Below are positions 1 through 9,736 of a stretch of DNA of 64,000 bases, in pieces. The translations under genes were made by a program, and so were the position numbers. The DNA is taken from contig CAVYSY010000033.1 in the NCBI GenBank assembly GCA_963771175.1, positions 32,001 to 96,000 on the forward strand, in the 5' to 3' direction. The stretch is from an uncultured delta proteobacterium. Lineage in GTDB: Bacteria; Myxococcota; Myxococcia; Myxococcales; Myxococcaceae. A model generated the notes under the pieces. That model saw only the letters and a program-made list of their open reading frames with translations. It did not search any database and was not told where the DNA came from. Each line of letters starts with the position of its first letter. Position 1 is the first letter of the stretch.

Positions 1-3000
1 ACGCCGACTCATCCCCCGACAGCGACAGCACGAAGGGCAGCGCGCGATGCACGCTCGACGTCGGAGCGGCGGCCAGCCTGTGGGCGAAGGCGGTGCCCAG
101 GAAGCGCTCCACGGTGGCGAGTGCCTCCCCGACGCCGTCCTCCCCCTCGTCCCAGCCCGCCTCGCGCACGAGCGTCTCCAGGTGCGCGCGCCGCTCGGAG
201 GCGGGGGCCTCCGCGACACGGAAGTCCACGGCCCGCAGGAGGCTCAGCACCCGACTGGCGGGGCTCGGGGCCGGTGCGCCCCAGGACTCCCGCTCGAGGT
301 ACGGCAGCGACTCGCGCGGCGGTGCTTCCCAGGGGGCGCCTTCCGCGCGAAGCCCGAGCCCGTGCACATAGCGGTAGCGACGCGGACAGGTGAGGAAGTC
401 CTGCACGGCCTCGGTGCCCACCACCGACACCTCGGGCGCGACCGGGGCCAGGGCCTCGTGGACACGCCGCACCGCGGCCTCGATGCGGGCCTCCTGCTCC
501 AACGGGTCCACGTCCTCCAGCCCGTCCGATTCCGCGGGAGGGGGCAGCGTCTCCACGTCCAGGTCCTCGACGAGCCCGCGCAGCCGCGTGTCCTCCCCCA
601 GCCGCTCGTCGAGCAGGCACCACCACGAGTCGGACGCGCCGCGCTCCTTCCCACCGGAGAGGATGAGCCTGTCCTGGGCGCGGGTGAGCGCGACGTACAG
701 CAGGCGCCGGTACTCGGCCGTCTCGCGCCGCTTCAGCTCGTCCTTCACCTCGTCGAAGCGGGGGGAGCGGTACTTGTCGAGGCTGTCCGGCAGCCACGGC
801 CGCAGGCAGAGTCCATGGGTACGCTCGAAGAGGGCCCGCCCGCTGGTGAAGCGCCTCAGGCCGCCGAGCGCCGGCACCACCACCACCGGCCACTCCAGGC
901 CCTTGGCGCGGTGGATGGTGAGGAGCTGCACCGCGCGCGGGTCTCCCGCCTCCAGCAGGTCCGCCTGGGCCTCGGTGGGGTCCTCGTTGGCCAGCCGCTG
1001 CAGCTCGCGGGCGAAGCTCACGCAACCCCCCGTGCCGCGCTCGTCGCGCCGGCCCGCCAACGCGAGCAGCTTCTCCACGTTCGCGCTCGCCTGCTCCGCG
1101 TAGGGAGTCCCCGCGAGCGCCTCGCGGTAGCCCGTCTTCTCCAGCGCCACCCCCAGCAGGGCGCGCACGCCGAGCCGATCCCGCTCGCGCCGCAACACCG
1201 GCAGTACCGCGAGGAAGCGCTCCAGCCGCACGCGCTCGCCGTCGGGCAGTCCCTCCAGGGCCGAGCTGCCCAGGCGCTCCACGGCGGGCAGGGAGAGTCC
1301 CTCGGGCCCGGCGAGCCGGAAGAGCGAGGCATCCGACAGCCCCACCAGCGGCGAGCGCAGCACCGCCGCGAAGGCGAGCGCGTCCTCGGGGTCCGCCAGC
1401 AGCGACAGCAGCGAGGCCAGGTCCAGCACCTCCTGCGCTCCGTAGAAGCCGCGCCCGCGCAGCACCCGGTGCGGAATGCCGTGGCGGATGAGGGCCTGCC
1501 GATACACCTCCAGGTGCGTGAAGGTCCGGAAGAGCATGGCCACGTCGCCACCACGCGCCGGGCGCAGCTCCTCGCTGTCCTTGCTCACGGCGATGCAGGG
1601 CTCCGCTCCCGGGGCCAGCAGCACCTTCAGCCGCTTCGCCACCGCGTCCGCGTCCGCCAGACGCAGCTCGCCCGTGGAGAGCTCCTCGTCGTCCAGTTGC
1701 AGCCGCTCCACCACCGGAGCGGGCACCGGGGCCGGACGCACTGGCTGGAGGTCATCGCCCTCGGGGTCGTAGATGACTTCGTAGGGGCGCGCTCCGCCCT
1801 CGCCCGCCACCAGCACGCCCGCGAAGGCCTGGTTGAAGAACCCGAGCAGCGGCGGCACCGAGCGCCGGTTGTGCTGGAGGAAGTCGCGTGCGCCGCCCTC
1901 GGCTTCGATCTTCTTCGCCAGCACCTCGAAGACGGACACGTCGGCGCCGCGGAACTCGTAGATGGACTGCTTGCGGTCACCCACCGCGCACAGGAAGGCG
2001 GGCTCCAGCGGGAGCGCGTCCACCAGGTTCTCGTCCGGGCGCAGCGGGCGCGGGCCGCCGTCGCGCTTCTCGGCCAGCAGCAGCACCAGCTCGAGCTGCA
2101 GGCGGTTGGTGTCCTGGAACTCGTCCACCAGCAGCACGCCCAGGCGCTCCTGCACCTGACGGCGGAAGTCGGGGATGTCCCTCAGCAGGTCGCGCGTCTT
2201 CACCAGCAGCGCGGTGAAGTCGAGCGCATTGCGCCGGACGAACTCCTGCTCGTGACGAGCCTCCACCTGTGTGAGCAGCGCGCGGAACGAGGCCTCGAAG
2301 GGCGCGGTGCGCCACCCGGCGTACGCATCCTCCAGCCGCATCACCGAGCCATCGCTCTTCCCGAAGAGGCTCCAGTACAACTCCTTCATCGAGTTGCCCG
2401 GCTCCTTCTTCAGCCGGCGCACGTCGCGGCCGTCCTCCAGGAAGGCCGCCTTGAGCGAGGGGAGCCGCTCGGGCTCGAAGCAGTTCTCCGGCGTGAGGCC
2501 CTTCAGCGCGGCCTCGAGCTCCTCGCGCAGGACGCTCCACTCTCCCTTGACGTCCAGCTCGCGCACGGTGTCGCACAGCTTCCGGCACCGCTCGACGAGC
2601 TTCTCCAGCCCGGCCCGAGCCTCCTCCACGTTCGAGATGCGGGCCTCCGCCGCGCGCAGGCCCTCCTCGCGCAGCTTGCCGTAGACGGCGACCAGCGAGG
2701 ACACCAGGCCCTCGGTGAAGTCCGAGCCGGAGAAGGTCAGCTCCTGGCACAGCTCGCGCACCCCCGCGTCACCGGCTTCGAGCGCCTCGAGCACCACGCG
2801 CTCGCACACGTCCGTCACCAGCGAGCGGGCCTCCAGCTCGTCGAGCACCTCGAAGGACGAGTCCACGCCCGAGCCCGGCGGCGCACGACGCAGCAACTGG
2901 CCGCACAGCGAGTGGAAGGTGCCCACCGAGGCCGCGCCCAGGTTCTCGCGCAGGGCGCGCCAGGTGTCCCGCGAGGGGAAGGGACGCCCCAGCCGGTCGA

Positions 3001-3271
3001 GCGAGGCCCGGAGCTCCTTCTCCTTCGTGTCCTTCAGCTCGCTCTGCACGAGCACATCCAGGCGCTCCCGGACGCGCGAGCGCATCTCCGCGGCGGCCTT
3101 GTCGGTGAACGTCACCATGCACAGCCGCGAGGGCTTCAGGGGCTCGGCGCCCTCACGAGCACCGGCCAGCAGGTGCAGCGTCATCGTCACCAGGCTGTAC
3201 GTCTTGCCCGCGCCGGCACCCGCCATGAGGGCGAGGTTCTTCTCCAGCGCCAGCAGGGAGGTGTCACTCAC
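1..3271 (-). CDS. addA: UvrD/AddA-like ATP-dependent helicase-nuclease subunit (partial, runs off left edge)
   Basis: Read manually on the - strand from GTG at 3271: SDTSLLALEKNLALMAGAGAGKTYSL (Walker A), CMVTFTDKAAAEMR, LLVDEFQDTN, VGDRKQSIYEFRGAD, LTIHRAKGLEW, LYVALTRA (SF1A motifs). Start overlaps the addB-like stop. Absent from the ORF track because there is no stop in the window. Confidence 0.88.
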   Translation of the reverse strand, partial: MSDTSLLALEKNLALMAGAGAGKTYSLVTMTLHLLAGAREGAEPLKPSRLCMVTFTDKAAAEMRSRVRERLDVLVQSELKDTKEKELRASLDRLGRPFPSRDTWRALRENLGAASVGTFHSLCGQLLRRAPPGSGVDSSFEVLDELEARSLVTDVCERVVLEALEAGDAGVRELCQELTFSGSDFTEGLVSSLVAVYGKLREEGLRAAEARISNVEEARAGLEKLVERCRKLCDTVRELDVKGEWSVLREELEAALKGLTPENCFEPERLPSLKAAFLEDGRDVRRLKKEPGNSMKELYWSLFGKSDGSVMRLEDAYAGWRTAPFEASFRALLTQVEARHEQEFVRRNALDFTALLVKTRDLLRDIPDFRRQVQERLGVLLVDEFQDTNRLQLELVLLLAEKRDGGPRPLRPDENLVDALPLEPAFLCAVGDRKQSIYEFRGADVSVFEVLAKKIEAEGGARDFLQHNRRSVPPLLGFFNQAFAGVLVAGEGGARPYEVIYDPEGDDLQPVRPAPVPAPVVERLQLDDEELSTGELRLADADAVAKRLKVLLAPGAEPCIAVSKDSEELRPARGGDVAMLFRTFTHLEVYRQALIRHGIPHRVLRGRGFYGAQEVLDLASLLSLLADPEDALAFAAVLRSPLVGLSDASLFRLAGPEGLSLPAVERLGSSALEGLPDGERVRLERFLAVLPVLRRERDRLGVRALLGVALEKTGYREALAGTPYAEQASANVEKLLALAGRRDERGTGGCVSFARELQRLANEDPTEAQADLLEAGDPRAVQLLTIHRAKGLEWPVVVVPALGGLRRFTSGRALFERTHGLCLRPWLPDSLDKYRSPRFDEVKDELKRRETAEYRRLLYVALTRAQDRLILSGGKERGASDSWWCLLDERLGEDTRLRGLVEDLDVETLPPPAESDGLEDVDPLEQEARIEAAVRRVHEALAPVAPEVSVVGTEAVQDFLTCPRRYRYVHGLGLRAEGAPWEAPPRESLPYLERESWGAPAPSPASRVLSLLRAVDFRVAEAPASERRAHLETLVREAGWDEGEDGVGEALATVERFLGTAFAHRLAAAPTSSVHRALPFVLSLSGDESA

Positions 3272-6200
3272 GGGCACCCTCCTCCTCCACGAGCCGCCGC
3301 TCGGTGATGCGGCACACCGCGCGGTAGCCACAGCTCCCGCAGTCCTTCGGCCTCACGGCGAACTCCCCCGCCCTCACGGTCCGCACCAGCGCCTCCACCG
3401 CGTTGGCCAGGTTCGGCTTCGCCTCCGCCGCCAGCTTCGCCCGCACCTCCGGCTCCGTGGACAGCAACTCCTCCAGCTCGACCGCGTCCTTCTCCAGCAC
3501 CTCCGACAGGTGGATGACCTCGCCCGTCCGCAGCGAGAACCACGCGGCCTGCCGTGTGTCTCGGTGCCCACTGGCCCGAGCAGCGTACAGGTACAGCGGG
3601 AGCTGGAAGTCCGAGTCGAGCAGCTTCTTCTTCAGCTCCGACCTGGAGAGCTTGCCGGACTTGTAGTCGATGACGCCCACCTGTCCTCCGCCCATGTCGA
3701 GCCGGTCGATGGTGCCCTCGAAGTGGATGACGTCCTCGCCCACCGTCAGCGTCACCTCGTTCCAGCCCTCGGCCGGGTTGCGCGGACCGAAGCGCAGCTC
3801 GAAGTCCGAGGGGGTGAAGCGCTCGAAGGGCAGGCCCCGCCGCTCGTCCATGAGGATGCGACGCACCATGTTCTTCGCCCGCTCGCGCGCCAGGCGCCAC
3901 AGCGCCGGGTGGCCCACGTAGTGGCGCTGCTCGAAGTGCGCCCGCACCTCGTCGAGCACCGTGTCCAGGAACGGCTCCGGTATCTCGTCGAGGCCCAGGC
4001 CCAGCAGGTTGCGCTCCTTGAGCCGCTTGAAGAACTCCTCCAGCACCCGGTGCCAGAAGATGCCCTGCCCCCTGCGGTCGAACTCCTCTCCCGGCTGCTC
4101 CGGCTCGGGCACCTTCAGCCCGTAGGACAAGAACCCCTGGAAGCCGCAGTTGCCGAAGCGCGCGAGCGCCGAGGCGGACAGCGGACGAGTGGCGTCGAAG
4201 CGGAAGGCCTCCCGGAGCGCCTCGCCCAGGGATGGATCGTCCACCACGCCGGTGTAGCGGCCCGCGCGCGTCCCCGAGTCTCCGAAGAAGTGCAGCCGCT
4301 CGATCTCCACCTGCACCATCTCCCGCGCGGCGGCGAGCCACGGCGCGTCCTCGAAGCGGCGCTTGAGCAGATTCCGGGCCGGGTCCGGCTCGGAGACGCG
4401 CAGCTTCTCCATCGCGAGCGACTCCAGCACCACGCGCTGGCGCAATTCCGACTCCGTGAGCACCTCGTCGAGCGGCGCGATGGCCGGCAACGAGCGCGTC
4501 GTCCACGTCTCTCCCGTCAGCCGCCGGATCTCCTCCAGGAAGGTGGAGGGCGCCTGCTCCTGCCCGCCCGGCCCCTCCACCGAGAAGGACAGGCTCACCG
4601 TCTGCTCGGCGGTGGCCAGGAGGCTGGCGAACAGGAGCCGATCCTCGGTGAGACGCCACTGCGCGCGGTCCTCGAACTCGCCACCGGTGAGACGGAAGAC
4701 GTCCCGGCTCAGGTGCTTGTTGAGCGAGCGCCGCTCGGAATCGCCCAGCAGCGGGTTGGGCTCGTCGCGGCCCGGGAAGCGGCCCTCGGCCAGGCCCCCG
4801 AGGAAGACGTGCCCGAAGGTGCGCCCCTCCAGCTCGCGGACGTCCAGCACCTCCACGGCGCCCACCGAGGGCCCGCGCGGAGGCAGGTGAACGTCACGCA
4901 TCACGTCCTGCAACCAGCGACCGAAGGTGCGCCGCCGCAACCGGGGCCCACCGCCCACCGCCGCGAGCGTCCGCTCCAGCTCACGCACCCGCATCGCGAG
5001 CGCCGCCCGCGCGGCATCGTCCCGGGCCCGGGCCTCCAGAGAGAGCGCGCCCAGCCCCTCGTCCGCGGGCGTATCCATCGCGCCCTCCGAGTCCAACAAC
5101 CCAAGCCGCCGCACCACCTTCCACCACGCGGCGAGCAGCTCCGAGGCACGCCCCTGCTCCGGAATGCGGCGGCAGGACTCCAGCAGGAAGAGGCACCGCT
5201 CGCGCAGCACCCGGGCCTCGTGGGCGCGCCGCTGTTCCCTCGGGCGCACCTGCTCCGGCAGCGGCTCCAGCCGCCTGGCCAGCGCCTCCAGGCGGAGGTC
5301 ATAGGCCCCCTTCCCGCGCGTCGCGCCCAGCCGGTCGTCCCGGACGGCCGCGAGCGTGAGGAGCGTGGCAGGAGCCTCGGGGGCGCCCCGGGAGAGCGCG
5401 GGCGCGTAGCGACTGGAGACCAGCTCCGCCACGCGCTCGGCGGGGAAACCGTCCTCCACGAGCAGGGGCAGCTCCAACGCGAGGCGCACCGGGCCCGCCA
5501 GCGCGAGCGGCTCGCCCCAGGGCAGGCGCACGGGGACACCGAGCTCCGCGAACGCATCCGCCACCCAGCGGACCTCGGGTCCCAGGTCGCGCCAGGCCAC
5601 CGCGATGCTCCCGGGCGGAACTCCGTCCGACACCAGCCGGCGCACGTCCCGGGCGATGAGGCGGGCCTCGTCCCGGGCCGCTCCGGCGCTCCACATCCGG
5701 AGGCCCTCCACCGCGCCCTGGAGCACGTCCTTCTGAGCGCGGGGCGAGAAGAGGTGACGGCCGAGCTCCAGCATGGGGCGCGACTCGAAGGTGACGTCGG
5801 CCTTGAAGAGGTCCACGTGGGGGAGGGCCTCGCCCCGGTTCTCGAAGGCACGGAAGAGGGCCGCCAGGGCCGCGTCCGCCACTGGCGAGCCACCCACCGG
5901 AGTCTCCACGCGCAGGGTCACCTTCCGCGCGTCGCAGGCGGCGGCCAGGGCCAGCAGCAGCTCCAGCCCCGAGGGCCGGACGTCATAGACGCCGTGCAGC
6001 ACGAGGGTGCCCACGTCGTCCCAGGCCGTGGGCCAGGCGTTGCGCTCCAGGGCCTCGCGCGCCCCGCGCACTACGTCCTCGCGGTCCGCGAGACCCAGCT
6101 CGGCCATCTTCTGCTCGTACGCGTGGTGCAGGAGGGCGAGCATCCGGACGCGGTTGCGCCGCTCGGGAGGGAGCACCTCCAGGGCATCCTGCAGCTCGCG

Positions 6201-6515
6201 CGGGGAGAGCCGACCGGCCTTGAGATCCAACAGCACGTCCAGGGCGGCGCGGGCGAAGGCGGGCTCGTGGACGAAGTCACCGAAGGGCGTGTCGCCCAGG
6301 CCCTGGGCGAGCGAGGCCACCACGGTGCGCGCGACGAGGGGCGAGCACGGGCGCCGACCCAGCTCACGCGCTCCGCCGAGGGCCTCCAGGAAGCCCTCCC
6401 AGGTGAAGAAGGAGTCCCCCCGGACGAGCCCGGCCGAACTCCGGACGGCACGTAGGGCGGCCTGACGGCGACCGTTGTCGGGGAAGACCTGGAGGGTTCG
6501 ACGTGCGTCGGACAT
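3264..6515 (-). CDS. addB: AddB/RexB-like subunit: degenerate helicase fold plus C-terminal PD-(D/E)xK nuclease with Fe-S cysteines
   Basis: LSASALARFGNCGFQGF, GTIDRLD...VIDYKSG, QLPLYL and C-terminal CGSCGYRAVC (four-Cys staple); directly upstream of and overlapping the addA-like gene. Confidence 0.85.
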   Translation of the reverse strand: MSDARRTLQVFPDNGRRQAALRAVRSSAGLVRGDSFFTWEGFLEALGGARELGRRPCSPLVARTVVASLAQGLGDTPFGDFVHEPAFARAALDVLLDLKAGRLSPRELQDALEVLPPERRNRVRMLALLHHAYEQKMAELGLADREDVVRGAREALERNAWPTAWDDVGTLVLHGVYDVRPSGLELLLALAAACDARKVTLRVETPVGGSPVADAALAALFRAFENRGEALPHVDLFKADVTFESRPMLELGRHLFSPRAQKDVLQGAVEGLRMWSAGAARDEARLIARDVRRLVSDGVPPGSIAVAWRDLGPEVRWVADAFAELGVPVRLPWGEPLALAGPVRLALELPLLVEDGFPAERVAELVSSRYAPALSRGAPEAPATLLTLAAVRDDRLGATRGKGAYDLRLEALARRLEPLPEQVRPREQRRAHEARVLRERCLFLLESCRRIPEQGRASELLAAWWKVVRRLGLLDSEGAMDTPADEGLGALSLEARARDDAARAALAMRVRELERTLAAVGGGPRLRRRTFGRWLQDVMRDVHLPPRGPSVGAVEVLDVRELEGRTFGHVFLGGLAEGRFPGRDEPNPLLGDSERRSLNKHLSRDVFRLTGGEFEDRAQWRLTEDRLLFASLLATAEQTVSLSFSVEGPGGQEQAPSTFLEEIRRLTGETWTTRSLPAIAPLDEVLTESELRQRVVLESLAMEKLRVSEPDPARNLLKRRFEDAPWLAAAREMVQVEIERLHFFGDSGTRAGRYTGVVDDPSLGEALREAFRFDATRPLSASALARFGNCGFQGFLSYGLKVPEPEQPGEEFDRRGQGIFWHRVLEEFFKRLKERNLLGLGLDEIPEPFLDTVLDEVRAHFEQRHYVGHPALWRLARERAKNMVRRILMDERRGLPFERFTPSDFELRFGPRNPAEGWNEVTLTVGEDVIHFEGTIDRLDMGGGQVGVIDYKSGKLSRSELKKKLLDSDFQLPLYLYAARASGHRDTRQAAWFSLRTGEVIHLSEVLEKDAVELEELLSTEPEVRAKLAAEAKPNLANAVEALVRTVRAGEFAVRPKDCGSCGYRAVCRITERRLVEEEGARE

Positions 6516-6555
6516 GCGGGGCGAAGGATTCTAGAACGGGGAGGAAGGCGCTTTT

Positions 6556-7467
6556 ATGCTCGAAGCCATGCCCTCCGCTCTCTGTTTTCTTGCGCTCGCC
6601 TCCCTGGTCGCCGTCTCCCCCGCCTCCGCCGAGTCCCTCCCGTCTGCCCAGCAGGCCTCCGACGCCCCCACCCTCCACGAGCTCAGGTTCGACTGGGGGC
6701 GGGATGCGGCCATCACGGGCGTCGCCGGGCTCCTGTGGATTGGCAGCGAGACCCTCTTCAAGGAGGAGCTCGCTCCCGATACGTGCAAGTGGTGCGATCG
6801 CTCGGCCGACGGCACGGACACCCTCAACCAGGTGGACCGGTGGGGCCGAGGCATCGCGGCGGAGACGGCCGAGGGTCGCAAGCAGTGGGACACCTGGAGC
6901 AACGTCGTGGACTTCGGCGTGCTGCCGGTGGGCGTGCTCGGGACGCAGTACCTGCTGGGCCGGGGCAGCGGGGCGTCGCCGCGCTACTTCGCGCAGGACG
7001 CCACGATGATCATCGAGTCGGTGGTGGTGTCCGCGGTGGCGAACCAGGCGGTGAAGTTCGCCGTGGGTCGCGAGCGCCCCTTCGTCCACGTGCTGCCCGA
7101 GGACCAGAAGGCGCTCACCGAGCACCCCAACGACAACAACCTGTCCTTCTACAGCGGGCACACCAGCATGGCGTTCGCGCTCGTCACGGCGGCGGGCACG
7201 GTGTCCGAGCTGCGCGGGTACAAGAACCGCTGGGTCATCTGGGCGGTGGGCCTGCCGGCGGCGGCCTCGGTGGGACTGCTGCGCATGGGCGCGGACAAGC
7301 ACTACTTCACGGACGTGCTGACGGGCGCGGTGGCGGGTTCCCTCTTCGGCGTGGGCGTACCCCTGCTGCTGCACGGGCGCCAGCAGGAGACCCAGGAGCA
7401 GAACGCGGGCGTGTCCATGCAGGTGTCGGGCAACCTCGGCGGCGTGATGGTGTCCGGGCGGTTCTGA
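6556..7467 (+). CDS. PAP2-family phosphatase with signal peptide
   Basis: KFAVGRERP, SFYSGHT and RMGADKHYFTDV match the PAP2 C1-C3 motifs; hydrophobic N-terminus. Confidence 0.85.
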   Translation: MLEAMPSALCFLALASLVAVSPASAESLPSAQQASDAPTLHELRFDWGRDAAITGVAGLLWIGSETLFKEELAPDTCKWCDRSADGTDTLNQVDRWGRGIAAETAEGRKQWDTWSNVVDFGVLPVGVLGTQYLLGRGSGASPRYFAQDATMIIESVVVSAVANQAVKFAVGRERPFVHVLPEDQKALTEHPNDNNLSFYSGHTSMAFALVTAAGTVSELRGYKNRWVIWAVGLPAAASVGLLRMGADKHYFTDVLTGAVAGSLFGVGVPLLLHGRQQETQEQNAGVSMQVSGNLGGVMVSGRF

Positions 7468-7557
7468 GAAGGCTGTTGAATGGGACGAGCTCATCATCTG
7501 AGCCCGAACAGGCAGGTCGAACCGCCCTCGTAGGATGCCCGCTGCAAAGGGGGTCTC

Positions 7558-8034
7558 ATGCACATTCGGCCATCATTCACGGCACGTGTAGTCCTGCTGT
7601 TGCTGGCGGTCCTCAGCGCCGCCCAGCTCGCGTGCGTCGGCGGTCACATCCCGCCGTCGATGTTCGAGTTCGAGAACGTCGTGCCCTATACCGGTCCGAA
7701 GGAAGGGGGCTGGAAGGTCGCCCAAGTGCTCGTCCTGCTGAGCAAGATCTCCCCCATGTTCTCTTCAACCGCCACCTGCGACATCGAGGTGGGCGTTCCG
7801 GAAAGGAATGTGAAAGGGTGGGTTCTGGATGAAGTCGCGCAGGTGGAGGCAGCCAAGGCAGCGGACAAGGCCGCACGCATTGTCCTGCGGGAGCAACAGC
7901 CGACCGCCCTGGCCTGTATCAAATTCAGGGAACACATGCAGAGCATCCTGACGGATCCGGTGTCCGGCCCCATCCCTGGCGCCAAGGTCACCAGATTCCA
8001 GGAGGTGGGCGTCCCCAGGAAGACGTTTCCGTGA
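7558..8034 (+). CDS. Hypothetical lipoprotein (possible toxin of a toxin/immunity pair)
   Basis: VVLLLLAVLSAAQLAC lipoprotein signal; visibly more AT-rich codons than neighbours; followed by a co-oriented cytoplasmic ORF. Confidence 0.6.
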   Translation: MHIRPSFTARVVLLLLAVLSAAQLACVGGHIPPSMFEFENVVPYTGPKEGGWKVAQVLVLLSKISPMFSSTATCDIEVGVPERNVKGWVLDEVAQVEAAKAADKAARIVLREQQPTALACIKFREHMQSILTDPVSGPIPGAKVTRFQEVGVPRKTFP

Positions 8035-8111
8035 CTACGAGAGCCCCCCGCACATCTCGAACACGGTAGAAGAACCGAGCGCCCTCACCAACCCATTGAG
8101 GAACCCTGTTC

Positions 8112-8699
8112 ATGAATCCGGAACTGACGGCCGACGCGCTCGTTCAACTCGTCCACCGCTACTACCCGGCGGGCCTCCTCAACATTGATCCTCGATACGA
8201 TGCATCAGAGGAGGGCCAGCGCCTCACCGCGCTGGTCAATGCCAACGCGGACCCTTCGCCAGCCTGGAAGAGCTTCATCCAGCGGCTCCACGAGGAGTTC
8301 CCAGATTGCTCCGTCTGGGACACGACCATCCCCCACCATGACCCCTGTTACTATTGCCGCGTCTCCCTCCCGGGATTCGTGACAGGAGACCCCCGCTATG
8401 ACTGCATCGTCTGCCTGCTGAGCCAACTCGCTCCGGTCTACGCCCTCTACGCGTCTCACATGGAGGAGAAGGGCCCCGGCCTCCCCCGGGACTACTGGCT
8501 CCGCTTTCCGCCATTTCCCCCCGAGTTCCAGGCGCAGGAGGCGAAGCTCGCCGAGTTCATCGAGTCCTCCTTCGGATTCACCCGACTGTCCAACGATGTC
8601 CTCTTCACCCCCGTGCCGGACCTCGTCCCGCGCACGGCCAACCACGGGCTTGGCAAGGCGCAGCTCATCGACTGCCTCTTCACCGAGCACCGCTGGTGA
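8112..8699 (+). CDS. Hypothetical protein (possible immunity protein)
   Basis: 195-aa ORF, GAGG upstream, no signal peptide; pairs with the upstream lipoprotein. Confidence 0.6.
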   Translation: MNPELTADALVQLVHRYYPAGLLNIDPRYDASEEGQRLTALVNANADPSPAWKSFIQRLHEEFPDCSVWDTTIPHHDPCYYCRVSLPGFVTGDPRYDCIVCLLSQLAPVYALYASHMEEKGPGLPRDYWLRFPPFPPEFQAQEAKLAEFIESSFGFTRLSNDVLFTPVPDLVPRTANHGLGKAQLIDCLFTEHRW

Positions 8700-8705
8700 G
8701 GCGCC

Positions 8706-9614
8706 TCAGCAGCCCGCCTCCACGGGTCCAGGCTCCGGCAACCGCGGCAGCGAGCCCAGGCCCCACGGCTGCCCGGCCCGCCACGACACCTCGCCCGAGA
8801 TGCCCCACCCGGCGCACACCACCTCGCGGCCCCGGAACTCCATCCAGAACACCGACTCGTCGGGCCTCGCCGCCTGATCCAGGCACACCACGCGCGTGGG
8901 GTGCCTCCCACCATGGCCCCCGAGCGACACCGCGAAGGCCCGGTGCGAGTGCCCGCACAGCACCCACTTCGGGTGCGTCGTCTCCACCAGCCGCCGGGTG
9001 ATGGGGTTGCCAATCCAGTACGACGGCAACGTGCGGCCCGGCGGCGGCTCCCCCTGCTCCCGGACCCGCTGCGGCAGGCCCCTCGGCCACTCGTGCACCA
9101 ACATCAGGTCCACGTCCCGTAGCGCCGACACCTTCTCCACCTCGGGCGCGCGGAAGTAGCCGGCCTGCTTCGCCGTGTCGAGCGAGCGCGGCCGCTTCAA
9201 GGGCTGCTCGTAGAAGCGCGGCGCGTGGATGCCCGACAGGTACCCCACCCGCAGCCCGTGCAGCACCTTCAGGCCCGCGCGCCCCAGGTAGTGCACGTTC
9301 GGCGCGAGCAGCAGACCCTCCGGCGAGTCGTGCAGCGCCTCGAAGTCCTCGTTGTTGCCGGCGATGAAGTACAGCGGCCGCTTCATCGTCCGCACGCCAT
9401 CCGCGTACTCGGCGAACTCGGCGGGCATGGCGCGCTTGGCCGTCTTGCGCCGGTGGTCGTCCGCGTGCCGGAAGGCCTCCACGTCCCCTACCGCCAGCAC
9501 CAGGTCCACCGGACGGCCCCGCGCCTCCGCCAACGCGTCGAGCCATGACTCCACGCGGTGGAAGCGACCGTGGATATCTCCCACACCGGCGACCAGGAGA
9601 GAATCCGGAGCCAT
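8706..9614 (-). CDS. Calcineurin-like metallophosphoesterase, Dbr1 (lariat debranching enzyme)-like
   Basis: GDIHG, AVGDVEAFR, FIAGNNE, APNVHYLGRAG, LSGI, LVHEWPRG, GNP, PKWVLCGHSH and TRVVCLDQ in Dbr1 order; ATG at 9614 (alternative GTG at 9626). Metallophosphoesterase call is firm; the Dbr1 subfamily call rests on a recalled sequence. Confidence 0.8.
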   Translation of the reverse strand: MAPDSLLVAGVGDIHGRFHRVESWLDALAEARGRPVDLVLAVGDVEAFRHADDHRRKTAKRAMPAEFAEYADGVRTMKRPLYFIAGNNEDFEALHDSPEGLLLAPNVHYLGRAGLKVLHGLRVGYLSGIHAPRFYEQPLKRPRSLDTAKQAGYFRAPEVEKVSALRDVDLMLVHEWPRGLPQRVREQGEPPPGRTLPSYWIGNPITRRLVETTHPKWVLCGHSHRAFAVSLGGHGGRHPTRVVCLDQAARPDESVFWMEFRGREVVCAGWGISGEVSWRAGQPWGLGSLPRLPEPGPVEAGC

Positions 9615-9676
9615 GATGCCCACCACCCTGCCCCGGGGCGCGTTCCCTGTCGAGCGGGATCTCCCCGCGCTGTGTC

Positions 9677-9714
9677 AAAAATGAAAAGGGGCGCCCCACG
9701 CGGGAGCGCCCCCT
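9677..9714 (-). terminator. Probable intrinsic terminator of the ASH/vWA lipoprotein gene
   Basis: GC-rich inverted repeat aggggcgcccc-acgc-gggagcgccccct followed on the - strand by TTTTCATTTTT. Confidence 0.55.
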
Positions 9715-9736
9715 CTGGCCCGTGGGCTCCCCGGCC

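Noticed and set aside
3264..6515. Cas4-like nuclease or defence helicase-nuclease system
   Set aside because: The Fe-S PD-(D/E)xK domain sits in a full-length AddB-like protein coupled to an AddA-like helicase, the standard recombination-repair pair.
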